DNA of 64,000 bases from an uncultured bacterium (GTDB lineage Bacteria > Oederibacteriota > PGYV01 > CAWJRG01). Location of the stretch: contig CAWJRG010000010.1 of NCBI GenBank assembly GCA_963845185.1, positions 480,001 to 544,000 on the forward strand, given 5' to 3'. Of the stretch, positions 44,232 through 53,971 are shown in pieces (positions within the stretch are counted from its first letter, which is position 1; each line of letters starts with the position of its first letter). Position numbers and translations under genes: made by a program. The notes below the pieces were generated by a model. The model saw only the letters and a list, made by a program, of their open reading frames with translations. It had not been told where the DNA came from and did no database searches.

Positions 44232-45821
44232 CTATCTATTAATTAAAAATATCTTTCCCGTGAAAACCTGGCCATTTGAATTATTAGCGATAATATAATA
44301 ATAAATACCAGAAGAAATATAGTTGCCGTAGCTATTTTTCCCGTTCCATATCACCATACCGCCCGCATGGCTGATTGTTATAACTAATTCTGCTGAAATG
44401 GTGTATATGAACACGGTCGATTCAGGGTACAGGTTCGCGAATTTTAATGTTCCTTTATGGGGATTGTAAGGGTTCGGATAGATAAGCAGGTCTCCAACAG
44501 GCCACGGCGTCATAGTCGGTGTAATTGTGGCTGTCCGGGTGATGGTCAGCGTGATTGTGAATGTATGGGTGACGGTAAAAGTTGGCGTTATTGTGGATGT
44601 TTGTGTGATTGTATTTGTGATGGTAAAAGTCGGCGTTATGGTGAAAATTTTCGTCATAATAAATGTCGGAGTATCGGTATAAGTCCGGGTGCATGAATAT
44701 GTCGCTATAATGGTCAAAGTTGTAGTTTCTGTATTAGTCGCTGTCATTGTCGGTATACATGTTGAAGTCAATGTAATCACCGGCGTGGCGCTTATTGTCG
44801 GCGTTTCGGTTATAATCAATGTTGCGGTCGCCAAGTTTGACGGTGTTGCACTTGGTGTGGCGGTAAATGTGTCCGTATAAGTATTTGTAACTGTTATAAT
44901 CAGGCTTGGTGTAAATGTATTGGTTGGCGTCAGCGTATATGTGTAGGTATCTGTTAGGGTAATCGTGGCCGTGCCTGTATATGTCCATGTGCATGTGTAT
45001 GTTGCGGTTATGGTATCGGTTATTGTGCTGGTTGGAGTAAATGTTGGGCTGAAGCAAGCGTCATCAGAAATAAGCTCAAAATCCGCAGTTATTAAACCCG
45101 ACCCTGAGCTATTTGAGTTTATTACATACGTGAAGCCCGGAGCATAATTGCCCGGAGCATTAGTTATTTGGTCGTAACTCAGTAAAGACCTGTCCGTATT
45201 GTTGCATTCTACAAACAATCGTATATTCAATGAGCTGTCTGTCGTTACGGTAACCGGATCGCCCCTGATTGCGAGTACCCCTGTTACCAGGCTGTTTGCT
45301 GTTGTCGTGGTAATAGTTGTTGAAAAATATGTCGTGCGTGAAACACTATTATAGGATAATGTTATTTGGCTGACCGACATTGCTCCGATTGTGCAGACAT
45401 TATAGTAACTAACCGCATCCATTATGGCGAAATCTGATGCAGAAAGAGTAATGCTTATGGGAAAATTGCCAGCCGGAGGTTTTGCCAGGGCATAAATTTC
45501 CATAGCAAACGGTTCAATAGTATCCGCAATCAAGTCTACGAAATTCATAGGAATATTGTCGTACGACATTGCGCTGACTGTCGGCGTAATTAATGTTCCT
45601 AAAGGTACACTATACACGGGTATTTCGTGCACATACACAAGAAGCATCCCGTCCGGGCCGCATGTATTTATTTTTGCGGACAGGTTGCTTGTTGTATTTT
45701 CATCGTCAGCAGATGCGCTGTCGCAGTAGGTAACCGGCGCCGCATGTAGGCCGTCAAAAAAAGCAATGCTAAAAATTAAAACCTGAAGGGCAACAGTAGT
45801 TTTAATTATTTGAATTTTTAT
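44232..45821 (-). CDS. Secreted T-rich repeat protein with T9SS-like CTD; probable non-canonical ATA/ATT start
   Basis: The frame is open for 58 codons upstream of ATG 45647 and encodes a signal peptide (IKIQIIKTTVALQVLIFSIAFFDGLHA) after GGAGG. C-terminus IYPNPYNP...WNGKN...SSGIYYY...GKIFLINR. Confidence 0.75.
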   Translation of the reverse strand: MKIQIIKTTVALQVLIFSIAFFDGLHAAPVTYCDSASADDENTTSNLSAKINTCGPDGMLLVYVHEIPVYSVPLGTLITPTVSAMSYDNIPMNFVDLIADTIEPFAMEIYALAKPPAGNFPISITLSASDFAIMDAVSYYNVCTIGAMSVSQITLSYNSVSRTTYFSTTITTTTANSLVTGVLAIRGDPVTVTTDSSLNIRLFVECNNTDRSLLSYDQITNAPGNYAPGFTYVINSNSSGSGLITADFELISDDACFSPTFTPTSTITDTITATYTCTWTYTGTATITLTDTYTYTLTPTNTFTPSLIITVTNTYTDTFTATPSATPSNLATATLIITETPTISATPVITLTSTCIPTMTATNTETTTLTIIATYSCTRTYTDTPTFIMTKIFTITPTFTITNTITQTSTITPTFTVTHTFTITLTITRTATITPTMTPWPVGDLLIYPNPYNPHKGTLKFANLYPESTVFIYTISAELVITISHAGGMVIWNGKNSYGNYISSGIYYYIIANNSNGQVFTGKIFLINR

Positions 45822-45895
45822 ATATCCTCCATTTTGTTAAATACAGTCTCTTGGTTTTAAAACTTAGAGACAAGGAAACTAAGAGACCAGGATAT

Positions 45896-46735
45896 TTATT
45901 TCCCAAAAATATCATTTAAAAGCTTTGCCAGCCTGATGCCTGCCTTTTTAAACTGCTCCTCAACTATCGGCCGCATACTTGAGTAATAATCTTTATCCAA
46001 TCTTACATCGTATTTTGTTGGGCCCGGATACGGAAAATCTTTGTATATTTTGGACTTTGCGACCCAGTAGCTCTCGAGCGCCCAGTCCTCAATTGACCCG
46101 TATTCCCATTTATTCCTGTCGGTTTTTGTAATTGATTTTTCAAGGTAAGCGGCAAAATCTTTCGGGTTTTCGACCGGCTCATATTCAATCAGGCAGTCCC
46201 AGAGCGCATGCAGGCTTATAGTGTTTCCATAGCTGTCTTCAGCAGGTATATAAAGCCTCACAACTTTTTTGTTTCCGCCACTGTCCGAATCGTTTGCACA
46301 GTGCAAAGGCATATGTATATCGCCGATAAAATGCACAAGGAATTTCAAATCTTCGTATCGCGTCTTTTTATCCATATTTTTGTTTTTTAGTTCGGATATT
46401 TCCTTATTTATCTGCGAAACAATGCAGTTGTTATAATAACAATATCTCATGACAACATTTTTGGTTATGTCTTTTCTTATCGGAAGGTTGATAAAATGCC
46501 AGAAGCCTGTTTCAGAATATTCAGGTTGGTTTCTTGCGTCATCCGCCCAAGTAGAAATATACGCAAGGTTCCTGTCGCCGTTTTCAGCGAGAATGTTATC
46601 GATTTTTTGTCTGGTTTTAGCGGTCAAATGGTCTTCAGCTATATAGGCTATTGCCCTGTGTCCGATAGCTCCCCAGCTAAAGCCCCATACAGGCAGGCTC
46701 AAAGCTAAAACAACAAGAATAAATCTTTTTCGTAT
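45896..46735 (-). CDS. S1/P1 nuclease (start probably upstream of the ORF-track TTG 46702)
   Basis: WG..GH, WADD, WHFIN, LVHFIGDIH.PLH, LHALWD; upstream in-frame IRKRFILVVLA completes a signal peptide. Confidence 0.88.
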   Translation of the reverse strand: MRKRFILVVLALSLPVWGFSWGAIGHRAIAYIAEDHLTAKTRQKIDNILAENGDRNLAYISTWADDARNQPEYSETGFWHFINLPIRKDITKNVVMRYCYYNNCIVSQINKEISELKNKNMDKKTRYEDLKFLVHFIGDIHMPLHCANDSDSGGNKKVVRLYIPAEDSYGNTISLHALWDCLIEYEPVENPKDFAAYLEKSITKTDRNKWEYGSIEDWALESYWVAKSKIYKDFPYPGPTKYDVRLDKDYYSSMRPIVEEQFKKAGIRLAKLLNDIFGK

Positions 46736-46764
46736 GCTATTAAAAAATTTAATAGTTTGAATTG

Positions 46765-47712
46765 TTATAATTCCGCTATTATTTTCTCAGCCGCAGCATA
46801 ATTATTCTCAATTTCCTTATCACCCGGCTTATAATCTGCAAATTTAACTATATCGCAATCCTTTAAAAAATCAGTGAGTTCTCTTAGTTTTGCCTTGGTT
46901 ATTTTTTTAGAGTCAAGCCTTGTTAATATTTCGAGTGTTGTAAGTTCGGCAAAGGATTCCTTGAAATTTTTGGATAAAAATTCCCTCACTGTTTCGTATA
47001 TTTCGTAATAAAAGGCCTTGCTGTCCCCTTCTTTGATGAGATTTTTTGCCTTTTTAAGCCTTTTTAATGCGTTCTCCCTGAAATCTGTATCTTCAACAAC
47101 AACCGGCTTTTCCTCGGGTTTTTTAAATATGTACCTGTATGCTACAATAACCGCTGTTATAAATATTGCAATCAATATTAAATACGGCGGGTAATCACCA
47201 AGCCTAAACTCAAGGTTTAATTTTATTTCCTTGATATCGCTGTATGCCTGCTGGGTAATTATTGCCGTAGGGGTTTCCTGCTGGCCTGTGTAAACTTTTT
47301 TCCCGCTCGTGACATGAATGGTTATAGGTTTTGTTTGTATTACATCGTATTGCTTTGTCACAGGGTTAAGTACCTGTATTTTTGCCGGTTTAATTATAAT
47401 GTCACCCTGCTTAATTGCCATAAGTTCAAAATCCTGCTGGTTTGTAATGTTGGCGCTTGAGTTAATAATGCTTATACTGCTCTGGGAGGATGTCCCCATT
47501 ACCCTGAATCCGGCAAAATCCGGAGCCTGGACAGCAGGCGACTGCTGGTTATTGCCCTGCCTTTTAATCACAAGGCTGTACCTTACTACATCGCCAAGCT
47601 TGACGTTTGTTTTGTCAACCGTCGCCTCTGCCTGCACAAGATTTTGTGCAAACAAAACGCTGCACAAAAAAATAAAAAAAGTACTTGCCAAAATTATCTT
47701 TCCTGCTTTCAT
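46765..47712 (-). CDS. BatD-like protein (Ig domain, TM helix, helical C-terminal domain)
   Basis: ATVDKTNVKLGD, PDFAGFRV..TSSQSSISIIN, TM segment, LTT.EIL...CDIVKFA. Confidence 0.75.
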   Translation of the reverse strand: MKAGKIILASTFFIFLCSVLFAQNLVQAEATVDKTNVKLGDVVRYSLVIKRQGNNQQSPAVQAPDFAGFRVMGTSSQSSISIINSSANITNQQDFELMAIKQGDIIIKPAKIQVLNPVTKQYDVIQTKPITIHVTSGKKVYTGQQETPTAIITQQAYSDIKEIKLNLEFRLGDYPPYLILIAIFITAVIVAYRYIFKKPEEKPVVVEDTDFRENALKRLKKAKNLIKEGDSKAFYYEIYETVREFLSKNFKESFAELTTLEILTRLDSKKITKAKLRELTDFLKDCDIVKFADYKPGDKEIENNYAAAEKIIAEL

Positions 47713-47754
47713 TTTCGAAAAATTCCTTTCTTCGTTTTTTTATAAATTCATTAT

Positions 47755-48597
47755 TTAAGCCGATGCCCTTATTACAAGCTCAGGCTTAAAAAGTATTTTT
47801 TTAGGCTCTTTTAAAATTTCTTTCTTGTCAAAAACAGCAGTTTCGTAAGCCTTAATCGCCATTTGTTCAATTGGCTGTTTTATCGTGGTAAGCGGGGGTT
47901 TCGCAGTTTTTGCTGCGTCTACATCGTCATATCCTATTAAGGCAATATCTTCAGGCACTCTGATTTTATAATCCCTAATACTTTTTAGAATACCCAGCGC
48001 GCACATATCCCCGGCCGCGCAGAAAATGGCGTCAATATCTTTTTTTTCGTTTTTAAATTTTTCAAAGGCTTCCGTACCTTCATTATATGCATAACTAATT
48101 ACCTCTATTAGATTGCCTTCATTAAATCCAATACTGCTGTCATCCAGTGCTCTTTTAAAGCCGTTAAAACGCATTTGAGCATTGTACCCGCCCTGAATTT
48201 TCATTCTGCCCGAGACAATGGCTATTTTTTTTCTGCCGGTTTTGATAAGGTACATAGCAGCTATGTGACCTCCTGCAAAATTATCGGTTGTAATTGTCGT
48301 ATGCCCCTCGACTTCCTCATCTATTAAAACAACTGGCACTCCTGAAATCCTGTATTCGTCAAGTATATCTTTGTCCGGCTTGACACACACGCCGATTAAC
48401 GCAATTGGTTTTTCCCTCTCAAGCACCCTTTTGAGCTTTTCCTTTTCGGGTTCCGCCAGCCCCGAAGTTGAAACCTGATAAAGTGCATATTCCGGGTCCA
48501 GCCTTGCTTCGACGCTTTTTAGTATTTGCGCCGGGAATACGTGCGAAAAATTCGCTGCCGCTATCGCTATAACAGGTTTAATTTTTTCTTCAGCCAT
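47755..48597 (-). CDS. Stand-alone LacI/GalR-type effector-binding domain without HTH
   Basis: VPVVLID, TDNFAGG..A..YL..GRKKIA, RFNGF, DAIFCAAGD, VPEDIALIGYDD, PPLTTIKQP, ELVIRAS; no N-terminal HTH or signal peptide. Confidence 0.88.
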   Translation of the reverse strand: MAEEKIKPVIAIAAANFSHVFPAQILKSVEARLDPEYALYQVSTSGLAEPEKEKLKRVLEREKPIALIGVCVKPDKDILDEYRISGVPVVLIDEEVEGHTTITTDNFAGGHIAAMYLIKTGRKKIAIVSGRMKIQGGYNAQMRFNGFKRALDDSSIGFNEGNLIEVISYAYNEGTEAFEKFKNEKKDIDAIFCAAGDMCALGILKSIRDYKIRVPEDIALIGYDDVDAAKTAKPPLTTIKQPIEQMAIKAYETAVFDKKEILKEPKKILFKPELVIRASA

Positions 48598-48611
48598 TAT
48601 GAACCCTCAAT

Positions 48612-49049
48612 TCAGAATGTCTTATAAATCTGCAAGCTGTTTTGTTGGAACGCATCCTGGGCAACTTCGATTTTTTCAACTTTTCTTCCGTTTAAAATAA
48701 CTCCCACCACGTCAAAACGAATGAAATAATTAGATATATTATTTTTAACCATATATTCCTGCGCTGCCAGTATTATTTTTTTTTGCTTGTTCAAATCAAC
48801 GGCTTCAAAAGGATGCATGCCCGTGCTTTTTTCCCTTGCCTTTACTTCCACAAAAGTAATTAACTTGTTTTTTTCATCCTCTGCAATTATATCGATTTCG
48901 CCGTATTTTGAGTAAAAATTCCTCTTTATTATATTGTAACCTCTTTTTTTAAGGTAATTTACTACTTCCCCTTCATAAAAATTTCCCTTTTCTCTTCTGC
49001 TGATTTCGCCGTTATACATATTTATCACATCCTTTAGCGTATTTGACAA
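48612..49049 (-). CDS. yraN: YraN family protein (UPF0102); start possibly 49019
   Basis: G...E...YL...GY.I..RN....GEIDIIA, FVEVKAR, RFDVV. Confidence 0.9.
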   Translation of the reverse strand: MSNTLKDVINMYNGEISRREKGNFYEGEVVNYLKKRGYNIIKRNFYSKYGEIDIIAEDEKNKLITFVEVKAREKSTGMHPFEAVDLNKQKKIILAAQEYMVKNNISNYFIRFDVVGVILNGRKVEKIEVAQDAFQQNSLQIYKTF

Positions 49050-49066
49050 TCGGTTTCCTTCACGTT

Positions 49067-49690
49067 TTATCGTATATCCATCACATTTTTCACAGGTTTA
49101 TATGATTTCCTGTGTATTTCGCATACACCATATTTGCGTAAAGCTTTTAGGTGCGCCGATGTGCCATATCCCTTGTGCCTTGAAAACCCGTATTGAGGAT
49201 AAATTTTATCCTGTTCCCTCATTATTTTGTCTCTGTGCACCTTTGCAATAACTGACGCCGCGGCAATTGACATACTTTTGGCGTCTCCGTCCTCTATCGT
49301 TTTAATATTCAAATTTTTTACACCCGGGTTATTCCTGCCGTCAACAAGCACAATGTCGGGCGCGGGGCTTAATTTGCCTATTGCCTTCCTCATGGCCAAA
49401 AGGCTTGCTTGTAATATGTTGATTTCGTCAATTACCGTGCTGTTGATTTCCTCGATTGCGTAAGAAATACATGCTGAAATAATTATGTCAAACAATTTTT
49501 CGCGTTTTTTTTCCGCTATCTTTTTTGAATCGTCCACATCGCCGAGCGTGAATAACCTATTTTTATCAAGTATAACGGCAGCCGCGACAACAGGGCCTGC
49601 CCACGGCCCGACCCCGACTTCATCCACGCCCGCAATAACGCCCTGGTATTTCGAATCAAAATCGCAAAGGTTTTGGTAATTTTTTGACAT
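49067..49690 (-). CDS. rnhB: Ribonuclease HII
   Basis: AGVDEVG.GPWAGPV, DSKK, LVDG, GDAKS.SIAAAS..AKV.RD, HKGYGT, HRKSY. Confidence 0.95.
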   Translation of the reverse strand: MSKNYQNLCDFDSKYQGVIAGVDEVGVGPWAGPVVAAAVILDKNRLFTLGDVDDSKKIAEKKREKLFDIIISACISYAIEEINSTVIDEINILQASLLAMRKAIGKLSPAPDIVLVDGRNNPGVKNLNIKTIEDGDAKSMSIAAASVIAKVHRDKIMREQDKIYPQYGFSRHKGYGTSAHLKALRKYGVCEIHRKSYKPVKNVMDIR

Positions 49691-49753
49691 TTTTATCCAA
49701 CCTTAATTAATTCTGTTTGCTTTTAAAAGGTAACAACGGATGCCGAAAAAAAA

Positions 49754-49993
49754 TTAATGCATTTTCCCCTTTTTCGGTTCTGCTATACGGACATCCGCCC
49801 TGGCCTGGTTTAAATTATATTCTTCGTATGGTTTGTCGTAAACCGCAATTTCGTTCTTTATTTCTTCAGTTTCCAGTTTTTCAATGATTGCTTCCTCTAT
49901 AAAATCTTTTATATCAATTTCCCTCGAATTGCAAAATTCCTCCATTATTTTAACAAGCCTTGCGTTTAATTTGAAAGCTGTCCTTTTGTCCAT
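49754..49993 (-). CDS. Small hypothetical protein, ribbon-helix-helix-like N-terminus
   Basis: RTAFKLN..L...MEEFC.....IKDFIEEAIIEKL pattern. Confidence 0.55.
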   Translation of the reverse strand: MDKRTAFKLNARLVKIMEEFCNSREIDIKDFIEEAIIEKLETEEIKNEIAVYDKPYEEYNLNQARADVRIAEPKKGKMH

Positions 49994-49995
49994 TT

Positions 49996-50367
49996 TTATT
50001 TCCTCTTCGTTTTGCCCTTTGCAAGTATTTTTTCCACATTTTCTTCATGTTCGCCCCATAATTTTTCGAGCGAATAAAAGTTCCTCAGTTCGGGATCAAA
50101 AATATGTATCAGTACTTCCCCAAAATCCATGACAATCCACGACCTGTCAATGCTTCTGTCTTTATAAAGCAGCTCATAACCTTTCTTTCTCATTTCGCTT
50201 CCAAGGTAATCATGCAGTACATTGATATGGACATTCGACGTGCCGTTGCAAAGCAAAAAATAGTCCCATATGTCTGACGCCTTTTTCACGTTAAACACTT
50301 TTATATCTTCGCCCTTTTTTTCGTTAATAAGCATTATCGCATCAATCAATTTCTGCTTTGCCGTCAT
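49996..50367 (-). CDS. rsfS: Ribosome silencing factor
   Basis: KKGEDI, DYFLLCNG.S..H, WIVMDFGEVLIHIF...R.FYSLEKLW. Confidence 0.93.
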   Translation of the reverse strand: MTAKQKLIDAIMLINEKKGEDIKVFNVKKASDIWDYFLLCNGTSNVHINVLHDYLGSEMRKKGYELLYKDRSIDRSWIVMDFGEVLIHIFDPELRNFYSLEKLWGEHEENVEKILAKGKTKRK

Positions 50368-51065
50368 TTTTGCGCGCCGAATTTAAAAAGTAATATGCCC
50401 GCCTGCTCTTCCCTTTTGGCATCTTCCGGCAGTGGATCGAATTGAAGCTTTCTTATCTGGGAAAGCGCCATTTTGTCAAGTTCCGGATACCCGGACGTCC
50501 TTATTAATTTGACACTGCTTATTATTCCGTTTGGCTGGACAACCACTTCTATTGCAAGTTCTGTTTCTTCAGGAAGCTTTTTGGGAAACTGCCAGTCTAT
50601 TTTCTTGTATTTGCGTGTCGCAAGGTCTCCGGTAACGGTTGGAGCCCCTCCTGCCACAACCTCGCCTCCCTGTTCATAAGCTTGTTCATCTGTTGTTTCA
50701 ACTGCTTCCTGCGAGGCTTCTTTAAGGTTGTCCCTCGATATGCCGACATCCTCAAGCATTGCTTTTTGTTTTTGTATTTTTTTCAGGAGTTCTTTTGCGC
50801 TTGTGACTTTCACTTCCGTTTTCTTTTGTGTCTTTTCCTTTATGGCTTCCGGAATTTTTTTCTGTGTCTGTTCAAGGCCTATAACTTTCTCCTCCTGGCC
50901 TTTCTTTCCCATAAAATCTTTGGCGTCAATTAAAGTTACGTCTGTTATGAGCGCCACCTGGCGCGGATTTGATTTTATGAGTATATTCGTTAAAGCCAGT
51001 ATCAGCAGCGCGTGTATCCCGGCTGACAGGGCAAATGAAATAATATCGGTTTTATCTCGGTTCAT
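50364..51065 (-). CDS. TonB/TolA-family energy transducer
   Basis: Start MNRDK at 51065; TM with S...H motif (SAGIH); K/E-rich linker; TonB_C-like (GIISSV...SG...LDK.A). Confidence 0.82.
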   Translation of the reverse strand: MNRDKTDIISFALSAGIHALLILALTNILIKSNPRQVALITDVTLIDAKDFMGKKGQEEKVIGLEQTQKKIPEAIKEKTQKKTEVKVTSAKELLKKIQKQKAMLEDVGISRDNLKEASQEAVETTDEQAYEQGGEVVAGGAPTVTGDLATRKYKKIDWQFPKKLPEETELAIEVVVQPNGIISSVKLIRTSGYPELDKMALSQIRKLQFDPLPEDAKREEQAGILLFKFGAQK

Positions 51066-51495
51066 TCTGGATCTGTTCCTGCTTTTGTTCTTCCGGTATT
51101 GTTGAAATTGCAAGTTTTTCAGCGCCAGCTGCCTTGGCCATGCCCATAATTGCAACAACCCTCCCGTGCAAAGCCATTTTATCCCCTTCAATTATTACGG
51201 TCTTGTCCTGCGCTGCGCTTAAAAGCTGTGTTAGCTGCGCGGACAATTCATCATCTGTCGCTACTTCCTTTGAGTTTAAAAAAGTCTTTCCGTCCTCGGT
51301 TATGCCTATTATTATATCTTTTTTCAGCATATTTTCAGACTGCGCATTTGCCGACGGCAGGTTTATTTTGATATTTCCCTGTATTATAAATGGGGTCGTA
51401 ACCATGAAAATAACCAGAAGTACAAGCATTACGTCGGTTAAAGGTGTGATATTAATCGCGAATATTAATTTTTCTCTTTGTATTTTTTTCAGCAT
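51052..51495 (-). CDS. exbD: ExbD/TolR family protein
   Basis: INITPLTDVMLVLLVIFMVT, LPSA, GD....G.V..IM. Confidence 0.9.
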   Translation of the reverse strand: MLKKIQREKLIFAINITPLTDVMLVLLVIFMVTTPFIIQGNIKINLPSANAQSENMLKKDIIIGITEDGKTFLNSKEVATDDELSAQLTQLLSAAQDKTVIIEGDKMALHGRVVAIMGMAKAAGAEKLAISTIPEEQKQEQIQNEPR

Positions 51496-51501
51496 TTTAC
51501 C

Positions 51502-52122
51502 TTAATCCTCATCAATTATATCCAGCAATTCGGATGACGCGTTTATAGCCTCTGTTTCCACGTTATCTATCGCCCTAACAAAATAGTTGTAAGCTATAAC
51601 AGCCGGCACTGCAACAAATAAGCCTGTTGCCGTAGCTACAAGTGCCTCGGCTATTCCGTTTGCCACAACGCTTGGCCCGCCGCCTGCTGTTGCCGCAAGG
51701 TCGTGAAAAGCCCTTATTATTCCTATAACAGTCCCAAAAAGCCCGATAAAAGGCGCTACGTTTCCTATAGAACCAAGCACCCCAAGGTATCTTTGCATTC
51801 TCTCGACTTCTGAATTCAGAGTCCGCTGCATGGCATTTTCCGCCTTTTCTTTCCCTTCTTTTATATTTTTAATGCCTGTAAGCGTCACGGCGCTCACCGG
51901 ACCCGGTGTTGTCTCGCAAAAAGTTATGGCACCGACCTGATCGTTTTTGTCAAGTAATTTCCTTATTTTGTCGGTAAATTCCTGTGCTTTAATTCTCATT
52001 TGGGAAAACCGTATTGCGCGGTCGATTATAATCCACCACGATATTACCGAAATTATCAAAAGTATTATTACAGTTATTCCGCCTTTCATAAGCATCTGCC
52101 AAAATGAAAGTTCTCCGAACAT
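51502..52122 (-). CDS. exbB: MotA/TolQ/ExbB proton channel protein
   Basis: APFIGLFGTV.GII.AF, GIAEALVATA.GL.VAVPA..AYN. Confidence 0.9.
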   Translation of the reverse strand: MFGELSFWQMLMKGGITVIILLIISVISWWIIIDRAIRFSQMRIKAQEFTDKIRKLLDKNDQVGAITFCETTPGPVSAVTLTGIKNIKEGKEKAENAMQRTLNSEVERMQRYLGVLGSIGNVAPFIGLFGTVIGIIRAFHDLAATAGGGPSVVANGIAEALVATATGLFVAVPAVIAYNYFVRAIDNVETEAINASSELLDIIDED

Positions 52123-52267
52123 ATTTGCCTCCTGAAACTATTTTTTTTAATACCACAACTTGCTTTGTTTTTGAAAACTGTTAATGCCTGCGACCCGCAG
52201 GGTAAACTGATTAAACCATTGATTATGATATTTGTTGATTTTTTCTTTTAACATAGAAAATTTAAAA

Positions 52268-53971
52268 TCAGAAATTAAATATTACGCCAATGCCTAAATT
52301 TAACCCTTTTTCATTATAATAATATAACATATAATAATTATTATTCAATAAATTATTTATATAGCCTGAAACCGTCAGGATATCGTTGATTTTTCTCGAA
52401 ACGGAAAAATCAATTACGCAATACGCAGGAATAATGGCATTAAGCGTCCCGTATTGCGCCGTAAAGCCGTTGCAGGCAAGCGTAAAATTCCATTCTGATT
52501 TTTCAAGAATTATTTTGGCATCAGCTTTGTTTTCGGGAAAATATGTTTCTCTTGGCGTATCAATAGCCAGAATATTCCTGTGCTCGTAATCTGCTGATAT
52601 GCTTAAATTCATAATTTTTAAGGTTTCCAAGGAAACTCCAAACGCATTGTAGTCCAAATCATTGTTAAATAAAGAAAAAACATGGGGCATTGTTGGCATT
52701 TCATTTATATAAATATTGTCGCTTATGCTTTCGTATATGTAATACAGGTCGAAAAACAGGCTGAAAAAATTCAAATTAAAACCCGCTTTTACGCTTGTAT
52801 TTTCAACTGGCATTATCAAATTTTTATTTGGCGCTATAAATGGCGTGTCTCCAAGTATGTTTATGTAATCCACCGTCTTCATCTCGGGTTTAAAATCAAT
52901 ATATGCACTGATTGCCGGTGTTAGGTCATAATCAATGTTTAAATACGGGCTTACCCTGTAATAATTTTCAATCAAATTATAATCCTGAAATTTTATCCCG
53001 CCCTGGAATATTATCGGTTCAAAATGGAATATGCCTTTAAAAAATGCTGAAATGTTGAAAATATTTGTATGGGTTCCGTCTGTAAAACAAGGATCACCTA
53101 TGTAATAGTCTATTGAAAGCATTGTTTTTACCTTTCTTTCATTGCCTACTACAAAATCCTTTTCAAGCCCTATATTATTTGTAAACCTGTTTTCTTTATA
53201 AAAAATGTTGTTTGCATCATTGCTCTGTGCAAAATAATCGTACTGAAACAGGGCGTTTGTCTTTATTTCTTGTATGTTGGTCTCCACGTTGAATCCTGCT
53301 GTGACATTATTCGTTGAAAGATTGTTTTTAAACAGATTGTCTGCGTATGGATTGTCATAATCATTTAATTTAAGTTTCAGGTTATATAATACATCCAGAA
53401 AATCATATCGTGTATTATAATAACAGCTTGCCCTGTTTAAATTATCAACCACCACCCTGTCATTTGTATTATTGTAATAATTCTCGTGCCAAAGCCTTAA
53501 TATAAGCTTGTTGTCTTCATCGAATACTTTGCCCAGTATCGCATCTCCAAGCAAATCATTATATGTGCCGGCCGATAGCTTAATCTTGCCTACGAAATCA
53601 CGGGTAGACATAAGTTCCATCGCCTGCGGGGAAAGTTCCTCCTCGCTTTTTAAATAATAGTCTGGAACATTTATATTATCTTTCTCATATAAAATTTCTT
53701 TAATATTCTGGATGTCTTCAAAAGACTTCATTTCCCTTGTAACAAGAATATTTGTATCTATTTCCCCTGTTATCCTTATCTCCGGAACCTTAAAATCCAA
53801 ACCCTCTTCTTTTTTCACCGTCGGTGTAGTACCTTCGTAATCGGAAGTATAGGTTCCTTTTTCATATACCTGTTTTTCTTTTATGTCTGTTATTGCCTCT
53901 TTGTCCGCTTCTGCTGCAAAAATTGCGGCTGTAAGCAAAAAACAGGTGAAAAAGCACGAAACTTTTTTCAT
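52268..53971 (-). CDS. Putative outer-membrane beta-barrel, TonB-dependent-receptor-like C-terminus
   Basis: Signal peptide; N/Y/F-rich strands; INNLLNNNY...GLNLGIGVIFNF C-terminus. Confidence 0.65.
   Translation of the reverse strand: MKKVSCFFTCFLLTAAIFAAEADKEAITDIKEKQVYEKGTYTSDYEGTTPTVKKEEGLDFKVPEIRITGEIDTNILVTREMKSFEDIQNIKEILYEKDNINVPDYYLKSEEELSPQAMELMSTRDFVGKIKLSAGTYNDLLGDAILGKVFDEDNKLILRLWHENYYNNTNDRVVVDNLNRASCYYNTRYDFLDVLYNLKLKLNDYDNPYADNLFKNNLSTNNVTAGFNVETNIQEIKTNALFQYDYFAQSNDANNIFYKENRFTNNIGLEKDFVVGNERKVKTMLSIDYYIGDPCFTDGTHTNIFNISAFFKGIFHFEPIIFQGGIKFQDYNLIENYYRVSPYLNIDYDLTPAISAYIDFKPEMKTVDYINILGDTPFIAPNKNLIMPVENTSVKAGFNLNFFSLFFDLYYIYESISDNIYINEMPTMPHVFSLFNNDLDYNAFGVSLETLKIMNLSISADYEHRNILAIDTPRETYFPENKADAKIILEKSEWNFTLACNGFTAQYGTLNAIIPAYCVIDFSVSRKINDILTVSGYINNLLNNNYYMLYYYNEKGLNLGIGVIFNF

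Noticed and set aside
43965..44246. 93-aa plus-strand ORF between rfbA and the CTD protein
   Set aside because: No RBS or motif, and it overlaps the rfb promoter; may be decayed DNA.
51066..51191. N-terminal extension of the TonB ORF in the track
   Set aside because: It overlaps exbD; the real start is most likely ATG 51065, just before the TM segment.
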